A program made the translations under genes and the position numbers. DNA of 64,000 bases from Gammaproteobacteria bacterium (lineage in GTDB: Bacteria; Pseudomonadota; Gammaproteobacteria; Steroidobacterales; Foliamicaceae). The notes under the pieces are model-generated. The model had not been told where the DNA came from. It did not search any database and was given only the letters and a program-made list of their open reading frames with translations. The stretch is taken from positions 89,949 to 153,948 of the forward strand of contig JAPOTY010000037.1 in assembly GCA_026708965.1 (NCBI GenBank), in the 5' to 3' direction. Positions 1 through 8,183 of this stretch are shown here, piece by piece; within the stretch, counting starts at the first letter, position 1; each line of letters begins with the position of its first letter.

Positions 1-211
1 GGGATCAAGGCATCCTTCCTCGGATTCGCCGCCCTGAATATGCCGCCGGCCTTCGTCTATCGATTCCAGCACGCCTAGTCCCCATTTGCGCGGGGTTTGT
101 CCAGATGCCGAAACAAATTTCCCCAAGTAAGAACCTCGGCAAGAAGAACTGCGAACTCGGCGAGGACGCTCAAGCTTTGAGGACAGCGCTGGCGGTGCAA
201 GCCCCTTGAAA

Positions 212-225
212 TTTTATTTGATGGC
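212..225 (+). repeat. 14-nt motif TTTTATTTGATGGC, copy A1 (identical copy at 1996..2009)
   Basis: Read directly. Shares the 10-mer TTTTATTTGA with 300..313 and 1906..1919. Lies in an AT-rich patch of a GC-rich window. Confidence 0.6.
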
Positions 226-274
226 ATTGCGTCAAAACATTATGCCGAAATCAAAAATTTCTCATAACACACTT

Positions 275-298
275 TTTTCATTGAATTTTCAATGAAAA
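275..298. promoter_or_regulatory. Perfect 11-bp inverted repeat TTTTCATTGAA-TT-TTCAATGAAAA; candidate operator upstream of the 413..1915 CDS
   Basis: Arms 275..285 and 288..298 are exact reverse complements. The site sits in the AT-rich leader about 115 nt upstream of the start codon. Confidence 0.35.
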
Positions 299-299
299 T

Positions 300-313
300 T
301 TTTATTTGACAAG
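300..313 (+). repeat. 14-nt motif TTTTATTTGACAAG, copy B1 (identical copy at 1906..1919)
   Basis: Read directly. Contains a TTGACA hexamer at 306..311. Confidence 0.6.
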
Positions 314-412
314 CAAACGCCGAATCACGCTTCAGCAGGTTGGCGGTTGTCATATCGGAAGTCAGGGGCGTATCCTGTGCCGCGCAGCAACCGCGATGCC
401 TGAGCGCCGAGT

Positions 413-1915
413 ATGGCTCCGCCGCCCCCCGCAAAAGACTATGCCGCCCTTGTTCGCGCCCTGGCCCGCCCGGACGGCGAATCCGAGTGGGTCGAATTTA
501 AGCTGGCCTTCGCCAACCCGAAGGACATTGGAAAATACATCTCGGCACTCGCGAACTCCGCGGTGCTTAACGAACAGCCATATGGGTATCTGCTGTGGGG
601 CGTTGAAGACGGCACCGGCAAGCTCATCGGAACCAAATTCGATCCACATTCCGCGAAAAAGGGCAACGAGCCGCTGGAAAACTGGCTGTTGCGTTTGCTA
701 GAGCCCAAAATCAATTTCAGCTTTCACGCGGTCGAGGAGGATGGCGCCAGGATCGTGCTGGCGGAAATCGAGCGGGCCCGGAGCAAACCCGTCCAATTCG
801 ATGGCATGCGCCATATTCGGATCGGCTCGGTAACGCGGCCCCTGCAGCAGTTGCCGGAGCGGGAACGCGCCTTGTGGCGGGCATTCGATCAGACGCCGTT
901 TGAACAACGCGCGATCAACGGCGGTGGCATGGATGCTGGAAAAGCAATCCAGGCGCTGGATTCGCTGGCTTACTTCAAGCTGCTGCAACTCCCCGCGATG
1001 CAGGATCCGCTTTTGACCGCGAAGGCGCTGCTTGCGGACGGAATGCTTGAAAGCACCTTATCCGCCGATTGGAATATCACCAATCAGGGTGCCATCCTGC
1101 TCGCCGATGATTTGCGGTCTTTTCCCAATCTACAACGGAAGGCGGTTCGGGTGATTCAATATGACGGGAAAAGCAAGGTGGTGGCCGCCCGCGAACAAGT
1201 CTTTCATCGCGGATACGCGGTTGGATTCAATTCATTGATCGATTACATCGCCACTTTGATTCCAACACAAGAAGTGTTTGGCAGAGCCCTGCGCGAAGAC
1301 ATCCCGAAATTTCCGATATTGGCCGTTCGCGAACTGGTGGCGAACATGCTGGTGCATCAGGATTTTGCGGTCACCGGCGCCGGACCCATGGTGGAGATAT
1401 TCTCGGACCGCATCGAAATCACCAATCCGGGCGAATCACTGATTGAGCCCGCCCGGTTGATCGATGCGCCGCCCCGAACCCGAAACGAGGCGATGGCGGC
1501 CTTCATGCGCCGCGTCGGCATTTGCGAAGAGCGCGGCACCGGAATCGACAAAGCCATGCTGGCCATCGAGCTGGCCCAACTGCCCGCCCCATTGTTCGAG
1601 ACACCGCCGGGGGCGACGCGGATTACCCTGTTCGCGCGCAGGGAACTCAAGAATATGTCCCGCGCCGACAGAATCCGGGCCGCGTATCAACACGCCTGTC
1701 TTCGTTACGTCATGGGGGAAAAGACCACCAACGCTACTTTGCGTGATCGCTTCGGTGTCTCAAGCGCCAATTCCGCCGTCGTTTCCCGCATTCTCCGCGA
1801 TGCGCTGGAAGTTGGCGTGATTGTCATGAAAGACAAGACCGCAGGGCCGCGGAACCGCGCTTACCTGCCGTACTGGGTGGCTCCGACTGCGAATGGAACC
1901 GAAGATTTTATTTGA
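413..1915 (+). CDS. AlbA_2 (Schlafen-type) DNA-binding domain + HATPase_c_4 (RecG-C-terminal-like) ATPase-like domain protein; putative regulator
   Basis: 500-aa ORF. The N-terminal ESEWVEFK...LWGVEDGTGKLIGT is typical of AlbA_2. The central AVRELVANMLVHQDF...IEITNPG is typical of HATPase_c_4. There is a wHTH-like tail (TNATLRDRFGVS...SRILRD). Confidence 0.85.
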   Translation: MAPPPPAKDYAALVRALARPDGESEWVEFKLAFANPKDIGKYISALANSAVLNEQPYGYLLWGVEDGTGKLIGTKFDPHSAKKGNEPLENWLLRLLEPKINFSFHAVEEDGARIVLAEIERARSKPVQFDGMRHIRIGSVTRPLQQLPERERALWRAFDQTPFEQRAINGGGMDAGKAIQALDSLAYFKLLQLPAMQDPLLTAKALLADGMLESTLSADWNITNQGAILLADDLRSFPNLQRKAVRVIQYDGKSKVVAAREQVFHRGYAVGFNSLIDYIATLIPTQEVFGRALREDIPKFPILAVRELVANMLVHQDFAVTGAGPMVEIFSDRIEITNPGESLIEPARLIDAPPRTRNEAMAAFMRRVGICEERGTGIDKAMLAIELAQLPAPLFETPPGATRITLFARRELKNMSRADRIRAAYQHACLRYVMGEKTTNATLRDRFGVSSANSAVVSRILRDALEVGVIVMKDKTAGPRNRAYLPYWVAPTANGTEDFI

Positions 1916-1919
1916 CAAG
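1906..1919 (+). repeat. 14-nt motif TTTTATTTGACAAG, copy B2
   Basis: Identical to 300..313. Contains the TGA stop (1913..1915) of the preceding CDS. Confidence 0.6.
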
Positions 1920-1995
1920 TTACCGCCGCGAAGCTTGTGCCGCGCCCGTGAAAATGCCTTAATGCACTGATATGAAAGAGTTTTTATCCTCCCAC

Positions 1996-2009
1996 TTTTA
2001 TTTGATGGC
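1996..2009 (+). repeat. 14-nt motif TTTTATTTGATGGC, copy A2
   Basis: Identical to 212..225. Followed by a further ATTTGA at 2011..2016. Confidence 0.6.
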
Positions 2010-2080
2010 TATTTGACGATTCGGGCATAAGCACAGCTCCCCGACGCGTGCTCCAAGGCCTGATCAGCCTTTGCGGCGTA

Positions 2081-2941
2081 TCAGGTGAGGTTGGCGAAGG
2101 TTTCGGCTACCAGTTGCGGGTGCGTGAGCATGCCGGCGCGGGGGATATCGAGCTCGATGAATTGCCATCCGGGGCCGCGGGCCGGGCCCACCATGCGCTC
2201 GCTGGTCATGGAATATTGCTGGCCCACGCAATGGATGTAGGTGCGCGGCAGGCCGTTCCAGCCGCCGTTTTGAAGCTCCAGCTCATCGCTCCAGGCGCGC
2301 ATCGGATGGAGCGTGATCTTTTCCTTCAGAAGCGCCTGTATCTCCGTTTCGCTGTCCGGCACCAGCATCTCCATCGGGTAGGAGTCGAAGAAGCTCATCC
2401 GGTAGCCATCCACGAATTTTTCCATGCGCTTGACGAAGTATTCGGAAAGCTCGCCTTCGGGCGTTCGGGACACGCCGCTCATGCGGTTGCCGGCCGGGAC
2501 CAGCGCATCGAAGAAGACGATGCGGCGGATGCGGTCGCGCCTTGCGTCCGCCACCCCGGTGATGACCATGCCGGCGAAGGAATGTCCCACCAGAATCACG
2601 TTGTCCAGGCTCTCGAAGTCGATGATATTAACGATATCCTCGATATGGGTGCCGAGGCCCACTTCCGGGCTGGTCGTATGGGAGCGGTCGCCGCAGCCGG
2701 TCAACGAAGGCGCGTAAACGTCGTGGCCGGCCCGCTCCAGGATGCGGCGCACGTATTGCCAGCTCCAGCCGCCCAGCCAAGTGCCGTGAACGAGGATGAA
2801 AGTTTTCGGTTCCCCGGCGGCTTTCGCTTGGGTTCCGGCGGCCGAGGCCACCAGCGCGGCTCCCGCCCCAAAGAGCGTTTGCCGGCGGGTCAGCCTGCTG
2901 CGCGCTTTTGGCGCGCTTCCGTTAAGCCGGCTTGGTGGCAT
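2081..2941 (-). CDS. Tat-exported alpha/beta-fold hydrolase (esterase-like)
   Basis: 286 aa. Twin-arginine signal SRLTRRQTLFGAGAALVASAAGTQAKA. FILVHGTWLGGWSW and the nucleophile elbow GHSFAG are present. The start overlaps the upstream methyltransferase stop by 20 nt. Confidence 0.85.
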   Translation of the reverse strand: MPPSRLNGSAPKARSRLTRRQTLFGAGAALVASAAGTQAKAAGEPKTFILVHGTWLGGWSWQYVRRILERAGHDVYAPSLTGCGDRSHTTSPEVGLGTHIEDIVNIIDFESLDNVILVGHSFAGMVITGVADARRDRIRRIVFFDALVPAGNRMSGVSRTPEGELSEYFVKRMEKFVDGYRMSFFDSYPMEMLVPDSETEIQALLKEKITLHPMRAWSDELELQNGGWNGLPRTYIHCVGQQYSMTSERMVGPARGPGWQFIELDIPRAGMLTHPQLVAETFANLT

Positions 2942-4166
2942 TCATCACGCCGAAGCGCGGCAAGGCAACCGGCCCTTCCTCGTTGAGGTCGAAACCGGCG
3001 GAGCGCACCAAGTCCTGCAGCCCGTTGGTGCGGTACTTGATCGTCCATACCTCATTGTTCCAGCGGTGGTCCCACCAGCGGCGGTACTGGCCATAGGCCG
3101 TGCTGGGAAACGGGTTCCTCAAATCGAAGTCGATGGGGTAGAAGATGCCGCCTGGGCGGGTAATTCGGTAAGCTTCGTTGACAATGTCCCGGGTGCCTTG
3201 GGGCGAGACCTCGTGGAGCATGATGTAGCTCGTGACCAGGTCGAAGTGGTTGTCGGGAAAGCGCGTGTCCTCCGCCAGACGCTGGGCGAAATTGATATCC
3301 AGCCCGCGCTCCACGGCGCGCAGGTGGGCGTAACGCACCATGGGGCCGCCCACATCGATGCCCCACACTTCCGCTTCGGGAAAACGCTCCTTGAGCGCCA
3401 TGGCCAGCTGGCCGACGCCGGTGCCGAGGTCCAGAATGCGCTTGATCTTGCCATCCGCCGGAACCGGCAAACCGAAAGCCGCCGTCATGTGCAGCGCATC
3501 CTGCTCGTTGTTGCCGGTGTAGAACCCGTTGGTGCCGTAGTCGTACATATGCCCGGCGAAATCGTTGCCCACGTAGCCGCCCGGCTGGATATGGATTTCG
3601 TGGCGGGTGTAATCGGGCATCTTGAGGCCGGGGTTCAATTCCAGCGTTCCCGGCCCGCGTTGATCGACCGCTTCCATTTCGCTCAAATAGGCATCGGCGT
3701 TGTCTTCGCACTCTTTCTTGAGATTATCCCAAGACAACTGCTGAACCGACATCCAGGCGCGGGTCCGGGCCTGGACCATGGGATCGTTCTCCAGCATCGC
3801 GATGGCTTCCTGCATCGGCATTTCCGTGTCCGGCGCAATGCCTTTGCTCGCGAGAATGGCTGCGGCGCGCCGACCCGCGGCGGGGCTCATGGTTCGATTG
3901 GCGTAGGTCCGCACCGACATCAGGAAATCCATCCGGCTTTCCAGGTCGATTTCCGGGAGACGCTCCATGCGTCCGTTGCGTCCGCGCGGCGCCAGCGTGC
4001 CCGGCACGTTTTCCGGCGCCTTTGGCGGGGCGGGCAGATCCGCCCGCGTTCGCCAAAACCCGCCCGCCGGCGGGGCGGCGGGTTGCGCGGCGCGGCTCGC
4101 GAACGGCGCCGCCGCCAGCGACGCGGCCCCGGCGAATAAGCCCATTACGGATCTTCTGTTGATCAT
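2922..4166 (-). CDS. Atypical class I SAM-dependent methyltransferase with twin-arginine signal peptide (module copy 1)
   Basis: SAM-MTase motifs ILDLGTGVGQ, AEVWGIDV, FDLVTSYIMLHEV and RPGGIF. The start is chosen at MINRRSVMGLFAGAASLAAAPFASRAA (ATG 4166), preceded by GGAGGG. The ORF track allows an upstream start at 4295, but that would overlap the 4180..4524 gene. Confidence 0.85.
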   Translation of the reverse strand: MINRRSVMGLFAGAASLAAAPFASRAAQPAAPPAGGFWRTRADLPAPPKAPENVPGTLAPRGRNGRMERLPEIDLESRMDFLMSVRTYANRTMSPAAGRRAAAILASKGIAPDTEMPMQEAIAMLENDPMVQARTRAWMSVQQLSWDNLKKECEDNADAYLSEMEAVDQRGPGTLELNPGLKMPDYTRHEIHIQPGGYVGNDFAGHMYDYGTNGFYTGNNEQDALHMTAAFGLPVPADGKIKRILDLGTGVGQLAMALKERFPEAEVWGIDVGGPMVRYAHLRAVERGLDINFAQRLAEDTRFPDNHFDLVTSYIMLHEVSPQGTRDIVNEAYRITRPGGIFYPIDFDLRNPFPSTAYGQYRRWWDHRWNNEVWTIKYRTNGLQDLVRSAGFDLNEEGPVALPRFGVMNATKPA

Positions 4167-4179
4167 CGTTCGATCCCTC

Positions 4180-4524
4180 CTAAAACTGGCGTTCTTCGCC
4201 GAACGGGCGGGCGTTGGACGTGTCGCGCGAAAGAACGCTGTAAACCCGTTCGACCATCGCCATGCGCTCGGTTTCCCATGCTTTTTTCTCGGCATCGGTG
4301 GGAACGTAGGCTTCGATCATTTCGGTCGTGGCCTTGCCTTCGGTTTCCAGCAGCCGCTCGACTACCTTCATCCGCTGGCGGTCGGCCCAGATCTCCGCTC
4401 CCAGCGCAATGACCACCGTCATCAGGTTATCGAGATGCGGGTTATCCAGGAAGATGGCGGAACCGGTATCCGCCGGGATGAAGGGCGCGGCCTTGCTGCG
4501 CTCCGCCTCGACTTTATTGCTCAT
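4180..4524 (-). CDS. Small helical protein of unrecognised family, paired with the methyltransferase (module copy 1)
   Basis: 114 aa. Collinear, gap-free similarity to 4729..5007 and 45327..45608 (core LDNLMTVVIALGAEIWADRQRMKVVERLL...YVPTDAE). AGGAG lies upstream. The stop is 13 nt before the MTase start. Confidence 0.7.
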   Translation of the reverse strand: MSNKVEAERSKAAPFIPADTGSAIFLDNPHLDNLMTVVIALGAEIWADRQRMKVVERLLETEGKATTEMIEAYVPTDAEKKAWETERMAMVERVYSVLSRDTSNARPFGEERQF

Positions 4525-4728
4525 GATCTTTAAGTCTCCTGTTCCTAGCCGGTCCTAAGGCGAACCGCAAATGCACAGCTGCGGCCCATGGGGAACCAAC
4601 GTTGATGCCGACGCTTTAACCGCCTCGATAATACCACCACCCGCTCTTTTCCTGTCATGCGCCTTGTTGCGGCGGAGGCGTTAGAATATCCGCCGCAGGC
4701 CCCCTGTCGGCAGCCGCGCGAGAGGCCA

Positions 4729-5007
4729 ATGAGCGATCCGCAGTATTTCGATCATCCGGTGCTGGACCACTTGGTGGAAACCGTGATGCAGCTCGGCAGC
4801 GAACTATGGGCCACGAGGCGCCGGCTCGAGCTGCTGGAGAAGGTGCTGGCGGATGCCGGCGCCTTGCCCGGAAACGCTGTGGAGCTCTATATGCCTTCCG
4901 CTGAAGAAGCCGAACAGGAGGCCGCGAAGCGGGATGCCTTTGTTCGGCGGCTATATGCCGGCTTCGCGCGGGGCGGGGAACAGCAGCAGGCTCCGCCCGA
5001 GCCGTAG
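4729..5007 (+). CDS. Small helical protein of unrecognised family (module copy 2)
   Basis: Start chosen at MSDPQYFDHPVLDHLVETVMQLGSELWATRRRLELLEKVL, with GAGAGG upstream. Paralog of 4180..4524. Followed 23 nt later by its MTase. Confidence 0.7.
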   Translation: MSDPQYFDHPVLDHLVETVMQLGSELWATRRRLELLEKVLADAGALPGNAVELYMPSAEEAEQEAAKRDAFVRRLYAGFARGGEQQQAPPEP

Positions 5008-5030
5008 GCCGAAAAAGCAAGGAGAAATAA

Positions 5031-6080
5031 ATGGATAGAGGACAAATGGGCGGCCTCAGCCGGCTGCCGTCCCTGGATGCCGAACAGCGGCTCGGCTTCG
5101 CCTTGAGTTTGCGCACCATGATCACAGCCGGCGGCGTGAGCGCCAAATCGCGCGCGGCCGGCGCCGAGGCGATCAAGGAAGCGGGCGTGCAGGCGCACGA
5201 TGTGGAGGCGATTTGCCAAGTAATGGACCGCCTCCCGGACACGCAGATCCGCAACCGGATGCTGCGCAGCCTTCAGCAAATGACTTGGGATTCCGCCTTC
5301 GGCGCCATCGCCGAAGACCGCGAGCGGATGGAGCGGGAGCTGCGAGCGGAAACGGACGACTCACTGCTGCAGCTCGACCCGATCCTTGAAATGCCGGATT
5401 ACATCCGGTTCGACTTTCATCTGCAGCCGGGCGGCTATGTGGGCGATGCGCTGGCGGGCGAGGTGTACCACCATGGAACCAACGCGTTTTATATGGGTCT
5501 CAACGCCGCCGATAGGGTCCACAACGGACTGGTGGCCGGCGGGCAGGAGCCGTCAAGCGGCGGCGTGGCGCGGGCGCTCGACTTGGCCACGGGCATTGGC
5601 CAGTGCGCCACCGCGCTCAAGCAGCGCTATCCCGATGCCGAGGTTTGGGGCCTGGATCCGGCCGAGCCGCTGCTGCGCTACGCGCATAAGCGGGCGCAAG
5701 GCATGGGGCGGCCGGTGCGCTTCAAGCAGGCCAAGGGCGAGGACACCGGATTCGGGGACGGTTATTTCGACCTCATCAACAGCTACATCCTGTTTCACGA
5801 AATTCCGTTCAGCGCCACGGAAAAGGTGGTGCATGAGATGCACCGCATCCTGCGCCCCGGCGGCGTGTTCAATATCTACGACTTCCCGGTTGGCGATCCC
5901 CTCTCTCCGGAGTCGCGCTACATGTTCGAGCTGGACCATCGCGACAACGGCGAGCCTTGGTCGATCGAGCTGATGGAGAGCGATTTCGACGGCCTGTTGA
6001 ACGATGCGGGCTTCGAGGTCACGCCCGGCCCGCGCCAGTTTCTGGTGGTGAAGACCTGGCACTGCCGCAAGCCGGAGTAG
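5031..6080 (+). CDS. Atypical class I SAM-dependent methyltransferase (module copy 2, no signal peptide)
   Basis: 349 aa with AAGGAG RBS. Motifs ALDLATGIGQ, AEVWGLD, FDLINSYILFHEI and RPGGVF. Shares the MPDYxRxxxHLQPGGYVG...GTNAFY block with 2922..4166. Confidence 0.85.
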   Translation: MDRGQMGGLSRLPSLDAEQRLGFALSLRTMITAGGVSAKSRAAGAEAIKEAGVQAHDVEAICQVMDRLPDTQIRNRMLRSLQQMTWDSAFGAIAEDRERMERELRAETDDSLLQLDPILEMPDYIRFDFHLQPGGYVGDALAGEVYHHGTNAFYMGLNAADRVHNGLVAGGQEPSSGGVARALDLATGIGQCATALKQRYPDAEVWGLDPAEPLLRYAHKRAQGMGRPVRFKQAKGEDTGFGDGYFDLINSYILFHEIPFSATEKVVHEMHRILRPGGVFNIYDFPVGDPLSPESRYMFELDHRDNGEPWSIELMESDFDGLLNDAGFEVTPGPRQFLVVKTWHCRKPE

Positions 6081-6143
6081 CGGCATGCAGGAAAGGTCCC
6101 TGTCCATGCCGTTGGTGGCGCACACGTAAGGAGTGTTGCGCTG

Positions 6144-8165
6144 GTGAGGCTTGTTCGTTTTCGCGGGTTCCGGTTTTTTCCCGCCGCCTTGGCTGTTCTG
6201 ATCGCCGCCTGCGGCGGATCCGGAGGAGGGTCCGGCGAGGCGCCGCCCCGCATCAGCTTGTCCGCCACCCGCATCAGCGCGGAAGCGGGCGGCGGGGACG
6301 CTTCGCTGGGCGTTTCCAATGGCGGCGGCGGCACGCTGAGCTGGACGGCCGCCATTCCCGCAACGGTCGATTGGGCGCGCATTTCAAGCGGATCCAACGG
6401 CACCAACTCGGGAACCGTGCAGATCGAAATTGATGCCAATTCGGGGGCGGCGCGCGAATTCAATCTCACGGTTACCGGCAACGGCACCACGCCCGCCACC
6501 GTCCAGGTGAGCCAGCCGGAGGCCCCGCCGGCCATTGATCTGAAAGCGGCGCGCACGGAACTCGAAGGCGGCGGCGGCAGCATTAGCCTACAGGTGCGCA
6601 ACTCCGGCCATGGCACCCTGCAATGGACCGCCAGTTTGCCCGGCGACCAAGACTGGGCCTATATCGAGAAGGGCGGCTCGGGCACGGACTCCGGCGAAAT
6701 CGTGGTCCGCTACGCCGTCAACGGCGGCGAGGACCGGGAACTTCAGGTGATGGTAACCGCGGCGGGCGCATCGAACTCGCCGCAATCGCTGGACTTCGCC
6801 CAAAAATGGTTCGCCGCCAGCACTTGCACCTACCCCAAGGCCCGCGAAGAGGTGTTCGACCGACTTGAGGAGGTCTATTACTTCAACGACGAGCGCGAAC
6901 AGCAGGGCATCTACGCCGGCATTTTTCTGGATGATTTCAAAACCCTCGATGCCCTTTTGGACGAAATTCGCTATAAGCCCGAAACGCATGACCGCGGCTT
7001 CACCTACTGGCTGACGCGCGAGGAATCGGACATGCTGTTTGAAGCTGCGGCGTATATCTTCGGTTTCCGCATGAGAGTGATCATTGACGAATCGGAGGAG
7101 CCGCTTTACTTCGAGATATTGGATGTGTACGAAGGATCCCCGGCCGGCGAAGCGGGCCTCGCGCGGGGCGACAAGATCCGGGCTCTGAACGGCAAGGCCG
7201 TGGACGGCCTCACTTTCGAGCAGATCCAGCTTGAGCTGGGGCCGAACGAGGAAGGGTATGCAGTGGAGATTGAGGCGGAAACGCTATCGGGAGCTCGCCG
7301 GACGTACGCCATGGCCAAGCGCTTGGTGGAGATCCCCACGGTTCCGGATGGCCATGTCGCCGTCTTTGATACGGACAAGGGCAAGGCGGGCTATCTTCAT
7401 TTCAGGACCTTTTTCGGCGATGCGAACGAACGCCTGCTTGAGGAATTCGCCGGATTCAAATCCGCGGGCGTGCGCCACCTGATCGTTGACTTGCGCTACA
7501 ACGGCGGCGGCAGCGTGCCTATCGCGCATGGCCTGGCCACGCTGATCGGCGGTCCGGAGCTGTTCGGGAACCCAATGCAAACAGTGCTGGCCACAACGGT
7601 TCACAACCGTTTGCTGGAGCGCCGAGGATGGAACGAAACGACCTATTTTGGATGCGATCCTTACATGGCGCCCGCCCTGATTGCGAAATGCGAGGCCGAG
7701 TCGGCGCTGCGGGATCTGGAGAACGTGGTGTTCATCACCAGCCAGAGCTCGGCCTCTTCCAGCGAACTGGTCATTACGGCGCTTCAGCCGCATGAGAACG
7801 TGGCCCTTGTGGGGGAACGCACCTACGGAAAGCCGGTGGGGCAGTACGGCTTCGATTTCTGCCGGACCGATCCGGGCAATCAATTTTCGGGAGAAGGGAT
7901 TCTGTGGCCGGCCTCCTTCGCCACCGTTAATTCCGAAGGTTTCGAGGAGTACTACGACGGCCTTCCGGTCACCCAAGGCTGCGAGGCGGCGGACGACTTA
8001 AGCCATGAACTCGGCTCTCCGCAAGAGGATCGAATCGCGGCCGCTTTGCGTTTTATCGAGACCGGCAGCTGCGCCGCTCCCCCGTCCTCCCGCGCCGCCT
8101 CGAAAGCGGTCGAAATGCAATCGGTTCCGAGCCGGGGTCCAGCCACGCAGTTCTTCGGCCATTGA
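6144..8165 (+). CDS. Lipoprotein: two Ig/BACON-like repeats + PDZ + S41 (C-terminal processing) peptidase domain, apparently active
   Basis: GTG start and lipobox LIAAC. Repeats GGGTLSWTAAIPATVDWARI and HGTLQWTASLPGDQDWAYI. PDZ segment SPAGEAGLARGDKIRALNG. S41 motifs DLRYNGGGS, SQSSASSSE (Ser nucleophile region) and TYGKPVGQ (Lys). Confidence 0.85.
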   Translation: MRLVRFRGFRFFPAALAVLIAACGGSGGGSGEAPPRISLSATRISAEAGGGDASLGVSNGGGGTLSWTAAIPATVDWARISSGSNGTNSGTVQIEIDANSGAAREFNLTVTGNGTTPATVQVSQPEAPPAIDLKAARTELEGGGGSISLQVRNSGHGTLQWTASLPGDQDWAYIEKGGSGTDSGEIVVRYAVNGGEDRELQVMVTAAGASNSPQSLDFAQKWFAASTCTYPKAREEVFDRLEEVYYFNDEREQQGIYAGIFLDDFKTLDALLDEIRYKPETHDRGFTYWLTREESDMLFEAAAYIFGFRMRVIIDESEEPLYFEILDVYEGSPAGEAGLARGDKIRALNGKAVDGLTFEQIQLELGPNEEGYAVEIEAETLSGARRTYAMAKRLVEIPTVPDGHVAVFDTDKGKAGYLHFRTFFGDANERLLEEFAGFKSAGVRHLIVDLRYNGGGSVPIAHGLATLIGGPELFGNPMQTVLATTVHNRLLERRGWNETTYFGCDPYMAPALIAKCEAESALRDLENVVFITSQSSASSSELVITALQPHENVALVGERTYGKPVGQYGFDFCRTDPGNQFSGEGILWPASFATVNSEGFEEYYDGLPVTQGCEAADDLSHELGSPQEDRIAAALRFIETGSCAAPPSSRAASKAVEMQSVPSRGPATQFFGH

Positions 8166-8183
8166 TCCGGCACTAGCAGGATA

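Noticed and set aside
1-78. Frame open from the window edge to TAG at 76..78 (…GIKASFLGFAALNMPPAFVYRFQHA), possibly the 3' end of a gene
   Set aside because: Only 25 codons with no recognisable motif. Too little to call.
2048-4139. Long plus-strand ORFs (312 aa and 447 aa) over the esterase and methyltransferase genes
   Set aside because: They are antisense to genes with clear family motifs. Their products are Arg/Ala/Gly/His-rich low-complexity sequences typical of shadow ORFs in GC-rich DNA.
4657-4728. Upstream start (4657) for the small protein of module 2
   Set aside because: The extra 24 residues are not matched in the two paralogs. ATG 4729 has a GAGAGG RBS and gives an N-terminus aligning with the paralogs.
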